Positions 10,946 to 20,420 of a DNA stretch of 64,000 nt are shown piece by piece. Below the pieces are notes generated by a model, which saw only the letters and a list, made by a program, of their open reading frames with translations, was not told the DNA's origin and searched no databases. The position numbers and the translations under genes were made by a program. Origin of the DNA: an uncultured delta proteobacterium (lineage in GTDB: Bacteria > Myxococcota_A > Polyangia > Fen-1088); assembly GCA_963737265.1 (NCBI GenBank), contig CAVTRY010000014.1, positions 390,714-454,713 of the forward strand, given 5' to 3'. Numbering within the stretch: position 1 is the stretch's first letter; every line of letters starts with the position of its first letter.

Positions 10946-11215
10946 ATCGCCGCTGCATCATGCTGATGGCACGCTGCCCACAACTGCAACGCGTTCACCT
11001 GCTTCTGTGGGGCCGTGCGCGCATTGCATCCGTGGACAGCAGCCATCAGCATGCCTCCGCTCTCAACAATTTCCTTGCCGGCGAGGCTCACCCGGATCTA
11101 CAAACAAACCCACGCGGACTCTCTCTTAGCTCGGGCCATTTCTGGTCCTACCAAAGGGGTCCACTTCAGGTGACAGGGTGCCTGTCACTTCCGTGATGCC
11201 CATCATTGGGTCGGT

Positions 11216-11440
11216 TCAGAAGCAGTCGTCGTGAGGGCCGTCGGGGACAGATTCCCAGACGGCGTCAGGGGGCCTGGGTGTTTCGATCCCGCGCAACGCC
11301 TGCAGGTCGGCGATGGCATCGCCATGGGCACGCCAGATGGCTGCGATGGCCCGCTCGAACACGTCGACGATGGTCAGGGCATACGATGCGTCCATTGGAG
11401 GCAGATGGATCTGGGCGTGTGGTGGCGGTGGGCGCCTCAT
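11216..11440 (-). CDS. Small accessory protein (copy 2)
   Basis: Identical to 8043-8267. Confidence 0.7.
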   Translation of the reverse strand: MRRPPPPHAQIHLPPMDASYALTIVDVFERAIAAIWRAHGDAIADLQALRGIETPRPPDAVWESVPDGPHDDCF

Positions 11441-12252
11441 GCTGGATCCCTGGGTTCGGAGTCGACGATACGGGTGATGGCATCGCGCTCGACGAGTTTT
11501 CGCTTTCTGCGGGCGGCGTCGCGAAGGGCGGCGGTGGCGAGCCGGTCGAGGTCGCGCAAAGATCCGGCGGCGGCTTCGTGGAGCATGGCCAAGGCGTCGG
11601 CCGTGACAAGCTCGCGGTCGCAGCCTGATTGTTTGAGTCTGGAGCGAATGTAGTCGGCGGTGTCGTCCGGGGTCAGGGGCGCGACATTGAGCCGGGTGTA
11701 AATGCGCGAGTACAAGGATCGATTGCGACGGAGGACGAGCCTGTCGGAAAGTTCTGGCAGGCCGACGAGGACGAGGGACAGGAGCGCCCTACTGTCCCAC
11801 TGGTAGTTCAGCAAAATGTGCAGATGATCCAGCATGTCTTGGTGGAGCAGGTGGGCCTCATCCAAGAGGAAGACCGGGTGAACACGCTCGCGGCCAAGAT
11901 CTTCGACGTGGGAGGAGACGGCGAAGAAGAGAGCCGCGGCGGCGGCGGAAGGCGCGAGCCCCAAGGCGAGACAAAGCTGGCGATAGAAATCGCGGCGGCC
12001 GAGAGTGGCGTTGTGGCAGTAGGTCAGACGGAAACCAGTTTGCGGCAGCCTGTGGCGCAAGGCACGCAGGACGCAGGTTTTGCCGGCGCCGGGATCGCCA
12101 GTGAGGATAATGGACGCACGCTCATGGAGCGCCTCGCACAGCTCGTGTACCAGGGCCTCCTTGGAAGGCGGCATCCACAGGTCGACGTCGGCAATCTCCT
12201 TGGAGAAGGGGGCGCGTTCGAGGGCGAAGTGGCCGAGATAGGCAGGCGTCAT
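11437..12252 (-). CDS. ExeA-like AAA+ ATPase (copy 2)
   Basis: Identical to 7231-8046. Confidence 0.9.
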   Translation of the reverse strand: MTPAYLGHFALERAPFSKEIADVDLWMPPSKEALVHELCEALHERASIILTGDPGAGKTCVLRALRHRLPQTGFRLTYCHNATLGRRDFYRQLCLALGLAPSAAAAALFFAVSSHVEDLGRERVHPVFLLDEAHLLHQDMLDHLHILLNYQWDSRALLSLVLVGLPELSDRLVLRRNRSLYSRIYTRLNVAPLTPDDTADYIRSRLKQSGCDRELVTADALAMLHEAAAGSLRDLDRLATAALRDAARRKRKLVERDAITRIVDSEPRDPA

Positions 12253-13613
12253 CGGTCACCTCCTTGTGGCGAAGGGTTTCGGCCGACGGCTCGGTCGAGC
12301 AGCACGGAGGGCGGATCGAAGGGCACCGGTCGCGAGGCTTTTGTCGCATGTCCCCCGCCACGATTTGAGCGCTTTCGGCGGGCGTTCTTAGCAGGGTCGA
12401 CGGGATGAAGAGGCAGCGCCTTTCCCTCGTGCTCGACCCACGGAGCTTCGTTCATGTCGACGAGGCAACGGGCCACCATGACCAGTCGCCCTGCGAGGAA
12501 GCCCTGGTCAAGCTCCCAGTCCGTACCCTCCAGTGGCAGCGTGGTATCTCGGCGTACGCGGCGGCGCACGCGCACGGTCAGCGCCTCGCGCAGCTTGTGC
12601 TCGTCAAAGCGGTCGGTGGGACGTTCGGCTGCCTCGTACACGCGCGCGGGCGCGCGGCCGAGCAGCGACGCGTGCGGCGCCTTGTGGTAGTGCTCGTCGA
12701 GAAAGGCCCACAGTCGCACGTTGATGTCGTGTAACGACGACACCTGGCCAAGAAAGTCGAGACATCCCTGGCGCAGGGTGCGCCAGAAGCGCTCCATTTT
12801 TCCACGTGCCTGCGGGTCGTAGGGACGCGCGTGCAACAGGGAGACGCCCATGCGCGCACAAGCCGTGGACAAGATGTCGCCGCGATAGGTGCTGCCGTTG
12901 TCGAGGTACAAGGCATCGGGTGGCCCATGCCTGCGCAGGGCGCGCACAAACATGCCGAGCATATCCACCTCGCGCTCGGTGTGGTGCGCTTCCAGCGCGA
13001 TGATGAAGCGAGAGGCATCGTCGAGAAGTCCGTGAATTCGCACCGGCATGTTTTTGCCGTCGACCGAAATCGCCGGGCCGTAACAGACATCACCGTGCCA
13101 GAGCGCCCCAGGCCGCTCGGCTTCCCAGCGCAGCCTGGTCTTCGGCCCCTTGCTATCGCGCATGGGAATGCGGTCCAGTCCCTCGTCGGCGAAAAGCCGC
13201 CGCACCGTCGAGGCCGACACCGCGTCCTTGCTCAATCGTCCGTCGAGGGTCAGGGTGCGAAGGATCAAGGGCACCGAAGCCGAGGGGTGCTCGCGCCGGA
13301 TGTCGCACAGAAGCGTGCGCTGCTCCGCTGTCAGCTCCTGCGCGCGTCCACTATCGCTGCGTGGTTCGGGGCGCAGGGCATCTAGGCTTCCAGCTTTGTA
13401 GGCGTAGTACCAACGCTCCAGCGTCGGAATGGAGAATCTGCGCGTGCTGTCCGCTCCCGGCGGCCGGTAGCGCTCGGCGGCCAGATCTTTCAGCGTCGCC
13501 GCCAACTCTCCGTGGTCGAGATCTCGCCGGGTGAGTGCGCCGACGATCTCGCTGCGAAAGATGGCTACCTCCTCGGCATGGTCCTTGGGCTTCAGGCTTT
13601 GTAGGTCGGTCAT
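12249..13613 (-). CDS. DDE transposase (copy 2)
   Basis: Identical to 5870-7234. Confidence 0.9.
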   Translation of the reverse strand: MTDLQSLKPKDHAEEVAIFRSEIVGALTRRDLDHGELAATLKDLAAERYRPPGADSTRRFSIPTLERWYYAYKAGSLDALRPEPRSDSGRAQELTAEQRTLLCDIRREHPSASVPLILRTLTLDGRLSKDAVSASTVRRLFADEGLDRIPMRDSKGPKTRLRWEAERPGALWHGDVCYGPAISVDGKNMPVRIHGLLDDASRFIIALEAHHTEREVDMLGMFVRALRRHGPPDALYLDNGSTYRGDILSTACARMGVSLLHARPYDPQARGKMERFWRTLRQGCLDFLGQVSSLHDINVRLWAFLDEHYHKAPHASLLGRAPARVYEAAERPTDRFDEHKLREALTVRVRRRVRRDTTLPLEGTDWELDQGFLAGRLVMVARCLVDMNEAPWVEHEGKALPLHPVDPAKNARRKRSNRGGGHATKASRPVPFDPPSVLLDRAVGRNPSPQGGDR

Positions 13614-13730
13614 GGTGTCCCTTCTGCAATCGCGGTGTGCGATGCAGGTAAAGCCATGCTTCATTCCGGCCACGCCTGGCAGGGATCTTCGCGGGTGGGC
13701 GAAGTCCCAGCGACGGGAAAAGTCTGATGG

Positions 13731-14363
13731 TCATCGCATAGCGAGCGTCGCTCCTTGGAAAGCCCGGGTTGCCACAGACGCCTCGTTCGAGGGCGGCGGC
13801 CCGAGTGAAGCGAGTCCCAACGCCGCCCGCTCAGCCGCCTGCCGTGCGGTGAAATCCGACGGCGAAGCGCGCAGTCCGGACAGCAGCGTGCCCGCACGAA
13901 TGGCGCGAATCCAGCGCCGCAACGTGGCCCAACCGGTGATGGCGGTCTCGCCGATGATCGTCCGCGGACTCGTCTGTCGCCGCACTTCCGCAATAGACAA
14001 TTTCTGCACCCCGAACAAGGCCAACGCCCACCCGACCGCAGACGAGGTGTAAAGCCGTCCCGGTATCGTTTCGCAAGGAACCACGGTGAGCACGGCGCCG
14101 CACTTGCAGAGAAAGCGACGGACGAGCAGCAAGACCATCTTGGGCACTTGCCCCGGTCCTGGCGGTCCCCAAAACTGTCTTGAGCGCAGCCCGTGCCCGA
14201 TGATCCCAAGACTTGCTCCCGGCGGACAGCCAGCTCGTCCACATAGAGGGCAGGTGCTCGGTCTGAGCAAGTCCACGCCTGGCACTGCCGCCAACCAGAG
14301 CTTGACCCCGACCTTGCCATGCACGATTGTCTGAAGCGCTCCGTTCCTTTCGTTTCCTTTCAC
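13731..14363 (-). CDS. Zn-finger/HTH accessory protein (DUF6431-like)
   Basis: CPLC...HG...RRFLCKCG..TVVP..TIPGRLY; WATLRRW. Confidence 0.7.
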   Translation of the reverse strand: MKGNERNGALQTIVHGKVGVKLWLAAVPGVDLLRPSTCPLCGRAGCPPGASLGIIGHGLRSRQFWGPPGPGQVPKMVLLLVRRFLCKCGAVLTVVPCETIPGRLYTSSAVGWALALFGVQKLSIAEVRRQTSPRTIIGETAITGWATLRRWIRAIRAGTLLSGLRASPSDFTARQAAERAALGLASLGPPPSNEASVATRAFQGATLAMR

Positions 14364-14597
14364 GTCGGGTGCGGAGCACGACCAGGCAGGGTGGTGGATA
14401 CGCCCTCCTGGTCACCCTACATAGCTGCGGCCAGCGAGATGCCGATGCTCCTCCTTTCCCTGCCGCCACTACCCTGATTCCCCGCAAGCCGCCATGAACA
14501 TTTCCACGACGGGAATGATGGCGATTGTCCAACCGATGCCATCACGGAGGGAGCACAATCTCCCGCCGCTCAGCCGCACTCACACCGCCTCGGAACA

Positions 14598-15204
14598 CCA
14601 ATCTGCCTTACGATGCCTGGTACGAATTCCTGGGCAACAAGAAGATGGTCGAGGCGCTCCTCGACCGTCTTCGCCAACGCTGCCACACCATCATCATCGA
14701 GGGCCCTTCGCTGCGCAGCCCCGCAGCCTCGGCAACGCCGTGAAAACCCGACCTCCCATTCGCGTCATCGCGATCCAGATCCCAGCCCTCTCCACTCACG
14801 AGGCGGAGGCACTCATCGACTTTCTCGGGCAGATCCAGGGCGCACTCTGGGACACCTACGGTGCCGCCATCGTCGAGCGCATCACCGAGGCATCTCCGCC
14901 TGTCGCTGACCACCCCAGCAGTCCCTCCGACCCCAGCGACGACAGCACGCCCTTCTGATTCGCCCGTGTCCGGACACCTGCTGCGACGGCGCTCACGCCT
15001 TGGGCCGGCTGGGGCCTCTGCCATGTGGGCTCTCGGCTGGGGAACGCTGTCTTGGTACCCCGGCCCTCCTGGCCTTGCGGCTTCACCGCAGGTGCCACAG
15101 CTCCTGAATCCACATCCTGATTCAGATCGAGCACCACGATCCGTGATCTAAGCCCGGGTCAATTTCAATGAGCGTCGCTGGGTCAATTTCGATGAGCGGC
15201 GAAG
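14598..15204 (+). mobile_element. Right-end remnant of an IS21-like element related to the ParB-IS21 at 23031
   Basis: istB C-terminus TNLPYDAWYEFLGNKKMVEALLDRL (14598-14743), small ORF, and tandem GGGTCAATTTCRATGAGCG terminal repeats. Confidence 0.75.
14740..14958 (+). CDS. Small accessory protein (ALWDTYGAAI core, DDSTPF tail)
   Basis: GTGA overlap with the istB stop; homologous to 26635-26847. Confidence 0.7.
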   Translation: MKTRPPIRVIAIQIPALSTHEAEALIDFLGQIQGALWDTYGAAIVERITEASPPVADHPSSPSDPSDDSTPF

Positions 15205-15350
15205 GCCAGTTAGCCTCAGAACACGCATCGCTTTCGCATAACCACCAACCTAACCACCTGAGCGAGACGGGGCTGGACGGCCCGAGACTCCCTGTGACGG
15301 TAAGCCCGCGTCTCTACTCGGTTTCTCGGCGGTGAAGGGGGCCTTTACCC

Positions 15351-15390
15351 CCTTGCCAAGGTGGACGTCGAGGGTTCAAGTCCACCGCTC
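15351..15390 (+). other. 3' fragment of tRNA-Gly(GCC), probable att-site scar
   Basis: CCTTGCCAAGG anticodon arm and GGTTCAAGTCC T-loop; 5' half absent, acceptor stem damaged. Confidence 0.65.
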
Positions 15391-15558
15391 AGAAGTGTCT
15401 TGAATTATTGCTTTTTCTGGCATTGCCGGCGGTGCCTGGCCAAGCCGACGACTATTCACGCTCGACGAGTTTCCGGGTCGTCGCGAGTCAACTCCGATCT
15501 TCTTAGTTGGGGGATCGCCACGAGGGAGTCTATAATGTCCCTTAAAGGACACACAAAG

Positions 15559-15852
15559 ATGAATCTCATCGCCATCAAGGATCTCAAGCAACCGCGTCGC
15601 TTGAAGGAACGCTTGTCGAACGAGAAGGAACTTCTGCTCACCAGCGATGGCAAACCGGTGGCTGTCTTGGTCAATGTGGGCCCCTTGGACGACCCCGAGG
15701 TGGTCATTCAGGCCGTGCGCGATTCGCGCAGCCGGCTGGCGCTGGCTCGTGTGCGTGATTCGGCGCGGAAAGCCGGGACGAATACGATGAGCATGCGGGA
15801 CATCGAGCGGGAGATTGCAACCGCGCGCCGAGAGCGTGGGATACAGCGATGA
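15559..15852 (+). CDS. Phd/YefM-like antitoxin
   Basis: MNLIAIKDLK...LLLTSDGKPVAVLV; overlaps the PIN gene. Confidence 0.8.
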   Translation: MNLIAIKDLKQPRRLKERLSNEKELLLTSDGKPVAVLVNVGPLDDPEVVIQAVRDSRSRLALARVRDSARKAGTNTMSMRDIEREIATARRERGIQR

Positions 15853-16262
15853 TTCGGGCTGTGTTCGACACCAACGTCGTGGTGTCGGGCTTTCTTTCAC
15901 CGTCAGGTCCGCCCGGCCGAATCGTAGATTGGCTACGAGCAGGCTCTGTCATCGCGGTCGTTGATGAACGAATTCTTGGGGAATATGCCGAGGTTTTGGT
16001 CCGCCCAACCTTTGGGCTGCGACCAGCGGACGTGGACGAGGTGCTCGCCGCGATTCAATCTCGGGTGACATGGGTGGAGGTGGGGCCCGACGACATGGTG
16101 AAACTCCCTGATCCCGATGATGCCGCCTTCGCGGAGTGCGCTCTGGTCGAAAGAGTTCCTCTCGTGACAGGGAACTTGCGCCATTTCCCGAAGCAAGCCT
16201 GTCATGGTCTGCGAATCATGACGCCAGCCGAGTTCGTGCGGTTTGCTGGGGGCGCTCAATGA
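15849..16262 (+). CDS. PIN-domain (VapC-like) toxin
   Basis: AVFDTNVVVS, PDPDDAAFAECA, LVTGNLRHFP. Confidence 0.9.
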   Translation: MIRAVFDTNVVVSGFLSPSGPPGRIVDWLRAGSVIAVVDERILGEYAEVLVRPTFGLRPADVDEVLAAIQSRVTWVEVGPDDMVKLPDPDDAAFAECALVERVPLVTGNLRHFPKQACHGLRIMTPAEFVRFAGGAQ

Positions 16263-16355
16263 GGGACGTCCCCCAGAATGAGGAACGCCCCTCATGAGGG
16301 ACGAATGAGGGACGGATCCCGGTGGATAGTCCCTTCAAGCACCACTTTGCTTTCA

Positions 16356-16383
16356 ATGTCTGATAAGAAGCATTACGTCAATT
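16356..16383 (+). other. dif-like XerC/XerD site
   Basis: ATGTCTGATAA-GAAGCA-TTACGTCAATT (11-6-11 layout). Confidence 0.7.
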
Positions 16384-16449
16384 ATGTGGCCTATTTCTCG
16401 GGGATGTAGGTGTGCGACCGGAGGGTGCCGGTGCGGTTCCTGATTGGGG

Positions 16450-16815
16450 TCAAGGGACAGAGGTGGGCGCGGCCGAGCGAAGCTCCTTGAGGTCGTCTCT
16501 GGCCTGTTCGAGGCGCCGGGCAAGCAGCCGTGCACTGTGGCCGGAAGGCCCCTTGCAGAGGTTCTTCGTGATCCAAGAAATCACGCTCTGGACAAGTGCG
16601 ACTGCGTCCAGGTCAACGATGTCTGCCAGGTCGCCGCGGGGAAGCTCGTAGCGTGTGGCGATGCGGCTGAGGGCCTCGAAGTACTCGCGGCCGACGGTCT
16701 CGTCGACGATCTGGGTGTAGCGTAAGGTCATCCGGAAGTCGCGATGGCCGAGCAACTTCATGATGCCGAGCAGGCTCATGCCTCCGTTCATCAGAGAAGT
16801 TGCGAAGCAATGCCT
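16450..16815 (-). pseudogene. Tyrosine integrase C-terminus, split from 22743-22900 by the RIT element
   Basis: RHCFATSLMNGG...KLLGHRDFRMTLRY. Confidence 0.85.
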
Positions 16816-16935
16816 GTTATGCCGAGCTCGGCATAACAGGCATTATGCCGAGTGCCCGGTTATGCCGAGTTGTTCGCCATCGGATGCAGGAATCACGAGG
16901 ATTCCGGGTTCGTTTAAGTACCCGACTCGGCATAA

Positions 16936-17934
16936 TCAAAGGCTCTGTAGGAAGGCGAGGAGCTTGTCATCGGGACGGAAGCGAGTGGGTCGCGTCCCCG
17001 AGGGCGTCGTCTTGGCGAGCGCCCGCTCCTTGAGCTGGAGGCTGGCAGCGAAATAGATCTGCGTGGTCTCGACCGACTCGTGACCAAGCCAGAGCGCGAT
17101 CACCGAGCTATCAACACCGGCTTGAAGGAGATCCATCGCCGTCGAGTGGCGCAGCACGTGCGGAGACACACATTTCTCCTTCAGCGATGGGCAACGGATC
17201 CGAGCGGTCTGCACGTGTTTCGCGAGCAGGTACTCGACGCCGTCGCGACTGAGGAAACCGCCCCGCGCGTTGGGGAAGAGGGGCTCGGTCGCGGTGGCGG
17301 AGCGTTCGCGCAGCCACGCCCGGAGGACAGCGACGGCCTCTTTGCGCAGAGGCGTGCAGCGTTCCTTGCGACCCTTGCCGAGGCAGTGGACGTGCGCACC
17401 GATTCCGAGGACCACGTCCTGCACGCGGAGCCCGGTCAGCTCGGATACGCGCAGTCCGGTCTGCACGGCCACGAGAAGCAGGGCGCGATCGCGCCTGCCG
17501 GACCATGTGGCTCTGTCGGGAGCTTCGAGGAGCGCGTCGATCTCGGGCCGGGACAGAAAGTGGACGATCTCGCGATCGTACTTCTTGCCCTGTATGGCCA
17601 GGACCCTCTGGATGACGGCGCTGTGGTCGGGCGCCTGCAGGGCGGCGTACTGGAAGAAGGAGTGGATCGCCGCGAGCCTGGCGTTTCGCGTGCGCGGAGA
17701 GTTGCCACGCTCCTTCTCTATGTGATCCAGGAACGCGCTAATCGCTGGCGTGTCGAGGTCGTCCAGTGCGAGCGCCGAGGGAGCCTTCTTCAGGTGTTGC
17801 TTTGTGAAGGCTAGCAGCAGGCGGAAAGTGTCGCGATAACTCTGCACCGTATGCTGACTTGCCCGGCGCTGGCGCAGAAGATGGTCCACGAAGAAGGACT
17901 CGAGCAGCGCAGGGAATTCAGGGGAGGGCCTCAC
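16936..17934 (-). CDS. ritC: RitC tyrosine recombinase
   Basis: TGLRVSE, GKGRKER, PHVLRHS, WLGH. Confidence 0.9.
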   Translation of the reverse strand: MRPSPEFPALLESFFVDHLLRQRRASQHTVQSYRDTFRLLLAFTKQHLKKAPSALALDDLDTPAISAFLDHIEKERGNSPRTRNARLAAIHSFFQYAALQAPDHSAVIQRVLAIQGKKYDREIVHFLSRPEIDALLEAPDRATWSGRRDRALLLVAVQTGLRVSELTGLRVQDVVLGIGAHVHCLGKGRKERCTPLRKEAVAVLRAWLRERSATATEPLFPNARGGFLSRDGVEYLLAKHVQTARIRCPSLKEKCVSPHVLRHSTAMDLLQAGVDSSVIALWLGHESVETTQIYFAASLQLKERALAKTTPSGTRPTRFRPDDKLLAFLQSL

Positions 17935-18865
17935 GGCGACGTCCTATCTCGCTCCAGGAGCGACATGGCGAGGCTCATCAACTCCGGCACTGCGGTCAGG
18001 TACCAGTAGGTGTCGCTCACGTGAGTGTGCCCGAGGTAGGTCGACAGTTGCGGCAGGTGCCGCTCCACATCGAGGCCTGCCCGGTACCAGCGCAGCATGG
18101 TGTCACGGCCCACCGATGACGAAGGTCATGCAGACGCGGACCATGACCGTGACGACCTTCAGGACCACGAAGTCCAATTCGGCGAGATAGTTGGACGAAG
18201 GTGTCTTCTGCGGTGTTCTTCACCAACCGGGCACCTGCCTCGCCGACCAGGAAGCTACTCGTCCGTGGTCTGGGATGAACGCCATCTCGGAAACGTGCGT
18301 ACCGGCGCAGAGCCAGCGATGTCGATCTATGAACGGGCACCAGCCGGGTCTTCCCGAATTTGGTCTGGCGGATCGTCAGGATCCCGCCTTCGAGATCGCC
18401 ATCCTCGCGGTCGAGAGCGATCGCTTCGCTGATCCTCAAGCCGGTCACGGTGAGCAGGCCAAGCAGCGTGACATAGGTCTGAGCACGAAGGCCCGTCGGT
18501 GATGCAAGTTGTACCGCCGCACCCATCAGCCGCGCGATATCGTCCTCGCTGTATATGTAGGGGCGCTTGCGCTGATACCGAGCCCGGAGGAGCCCGAGGG
18601 CAGGGACCTCGGTGCGAGAATCGGTGGCGCGCCGATACTGCGCAAAGAGCCGAACCGCCGAGAGGCGGCTGGCCCAATACCCGGGCTGGGCCTTGGTCGG
18701 CAGCATGGCCCACTCGCGGGCCAGATCGCTGGTGATGAACGGCGCCTTCCGCTGCTCCATGAAGGACACGAACTGCAGCAGTAACCGTCCCGAGCGGTCC
18801 AGTTTGTAGCCCAGCCGACGTCGCAGCGACAGGTACGCCTCGACGCCTTCGCAGAGCGTACTCAT
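17931..18865 (-). pseudogene. ritB: RitB tyrosine recombinase, frameshifted near 18105
   Basis: TGLRISE, TKFGKTR, LHDLRH; LSTYLGH..TYWYL lies in another frame. Confidence 0.85.
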
Positions 18866-19570
18866 CGCCTGCCTCCCGGCCATGCAGGAGCGAGAGCACG
18901 TAGTGCCTGGAGATCTACCTTCGCGTAAATCGTCGTCGTGTCGGCTCGACGGTGTCGCAGGACCTGTCCGATCTCGGTGAGGGTCGCTCCTCGATGCAGC
19001 ATCGAGCAGGCGAGCGCATGGCGAAGAATGTGCCCGCCCTTGCATGGTGGGTCCAGTCCGGCGAGCTCCAGTGCACGCCTCACGATCGTACAGATTGCGC
19101 CCGTGGTTGTGAAGCCACGTCGTGGTGCTCTCGCGCGGACGAAGACTCTCCGGCACGAGCATGCTGGGCGGCCATGGCGCAAGTACCGGGCGACGGCCTT
19201 GCCGACATCGGACGGCAACGGGAGGACGTCTTGCCGCCCACCCTTGCCGTGGACCCGCACCGTGCCGGCGGCCCAGTCGAAGTCTGCCAGATCCAGGCTC
19301 ACGACTTCTCCACCGCGAAGGCCGAGTCGTGCCATCAGCATCAGGACCGCGTGGTCGCGCAGGCCGGCTTCGGAGCTTCTTCGTCGACAGCGGCGCAGAA
19401 GATGCTCGAACGTCCCGCGCCGGAATCGATTTCGGCACCGTTGAGAAGCGCCAGCAGGCGACCGCGGGTACCGTCGCCGCTAGGTCCGCTGCCAGGGCTC
19501 CTTTCAAATGCGCCCACCGTAGAAGACTGCGTAGTGCTGGACGTCAACTACATTCACCCGGTGACGTCAA

Positions 19571-20420
19571 TTACATCGCCCCATTGTTGTCGGGGGTAGT
19601 TGTCGTTGGTTGATCGGTAGTTGTCGTAGTTGTCGCTGGGGTGGTGACGCCTCTCTTTCGTGCTTCTTCGCTGCGGTAGCTGGGGCCGGTCATCTCAAGG
19701 ATGACCGCGTGGTGGACCAGTCGGTCGATGGCGGCGGCGGTGGTCATGGGATCCTTGAAAATGCGGATCCAATCGCTGAAGACCAGGTTGCTGGTGATGA
19801 GGACGCTCTTGCGTTCGTACCGCTCGGCCAGGAAGGTGAAAAGGACCTCCATTTCATCGCGGCTCTGCTGGACGTAGCCGATGTCGTCGAGGATCACGGC
19901 GTGATAGATGTTGAGCGCGGCCAGTTCTCGTTCCAGGCGAAGGTCGCGCTTGGCGGCCAGCAGCCTCTGGACAAGCGCGAAGGTCGGCGTGAAGAGGACC
20001 CGGTAGCCGCGCCGGATGAGTTCGTGGCCGATGGCAGCCACAACGTGACTTTTGCCTCGGCCGGGCAGTCCGAAGACGAGCAGGTTCTCCCCACGTTCGA
20101 CAAAGCCACCCTCACACAGGCTCGCCATCTGCTTCATCACCTTGGGTGACAGCCGACCACGTTCCAGGGTGGCCAGGGTTTTCTCCGTGGGAAGGTCCGA
20201 ATCGCGAAGCGCGCGATCGATGCGACGGGTTCGGCGCTCTTCGATTTCCAGTTCGGCCAGGTGCTGGAGGTATTGGCTGAAGGTCCACCCCTCGCGGCTG
20301 GCCTTGATCGCGATCTCCTCGGCGTGCCGGGTGAAGGCAGGCAGCTTGAGCGCGCGCAGAAGCACCAGCAGAGCGTTCGAGCGCGCTCGGCTTGACCGTG
20401 TCTACGGAGACGTTGGTCAT
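19571..20420 (-). pseudogene. istB: IstB with a +1 indel near 20377
   Basis: One extra base relative to copies 1 and 3. Confidence 0.85.

Larger units (their letters stand above)
9733..11168 (+). mobile_element. IS3-family element, copy 1
   Basis: TIR TGAAGTGGACCCC; 3-bp TSD GGT; orfA/orfB. Confidence 0.95.
9671..14597 (-). mobile_element. Tn552/Mu-like transposon, copy 2 (inverted; IS3 inserted in its end)
   Basis: Reverse complement of copy 1; TGTT..AACA ends; flanks GTCAC/CCAAT do not match. Confidence 0.9.

Noticed and set aside
601-14597. CRISPR-associated transposon (CAST)
   Set aside because: No Cas or TnpB gene and no array between the ends
15351-15390. Functional tRNA-Gly
   Set aside because: D-arm and 5' acceptor strand are absent
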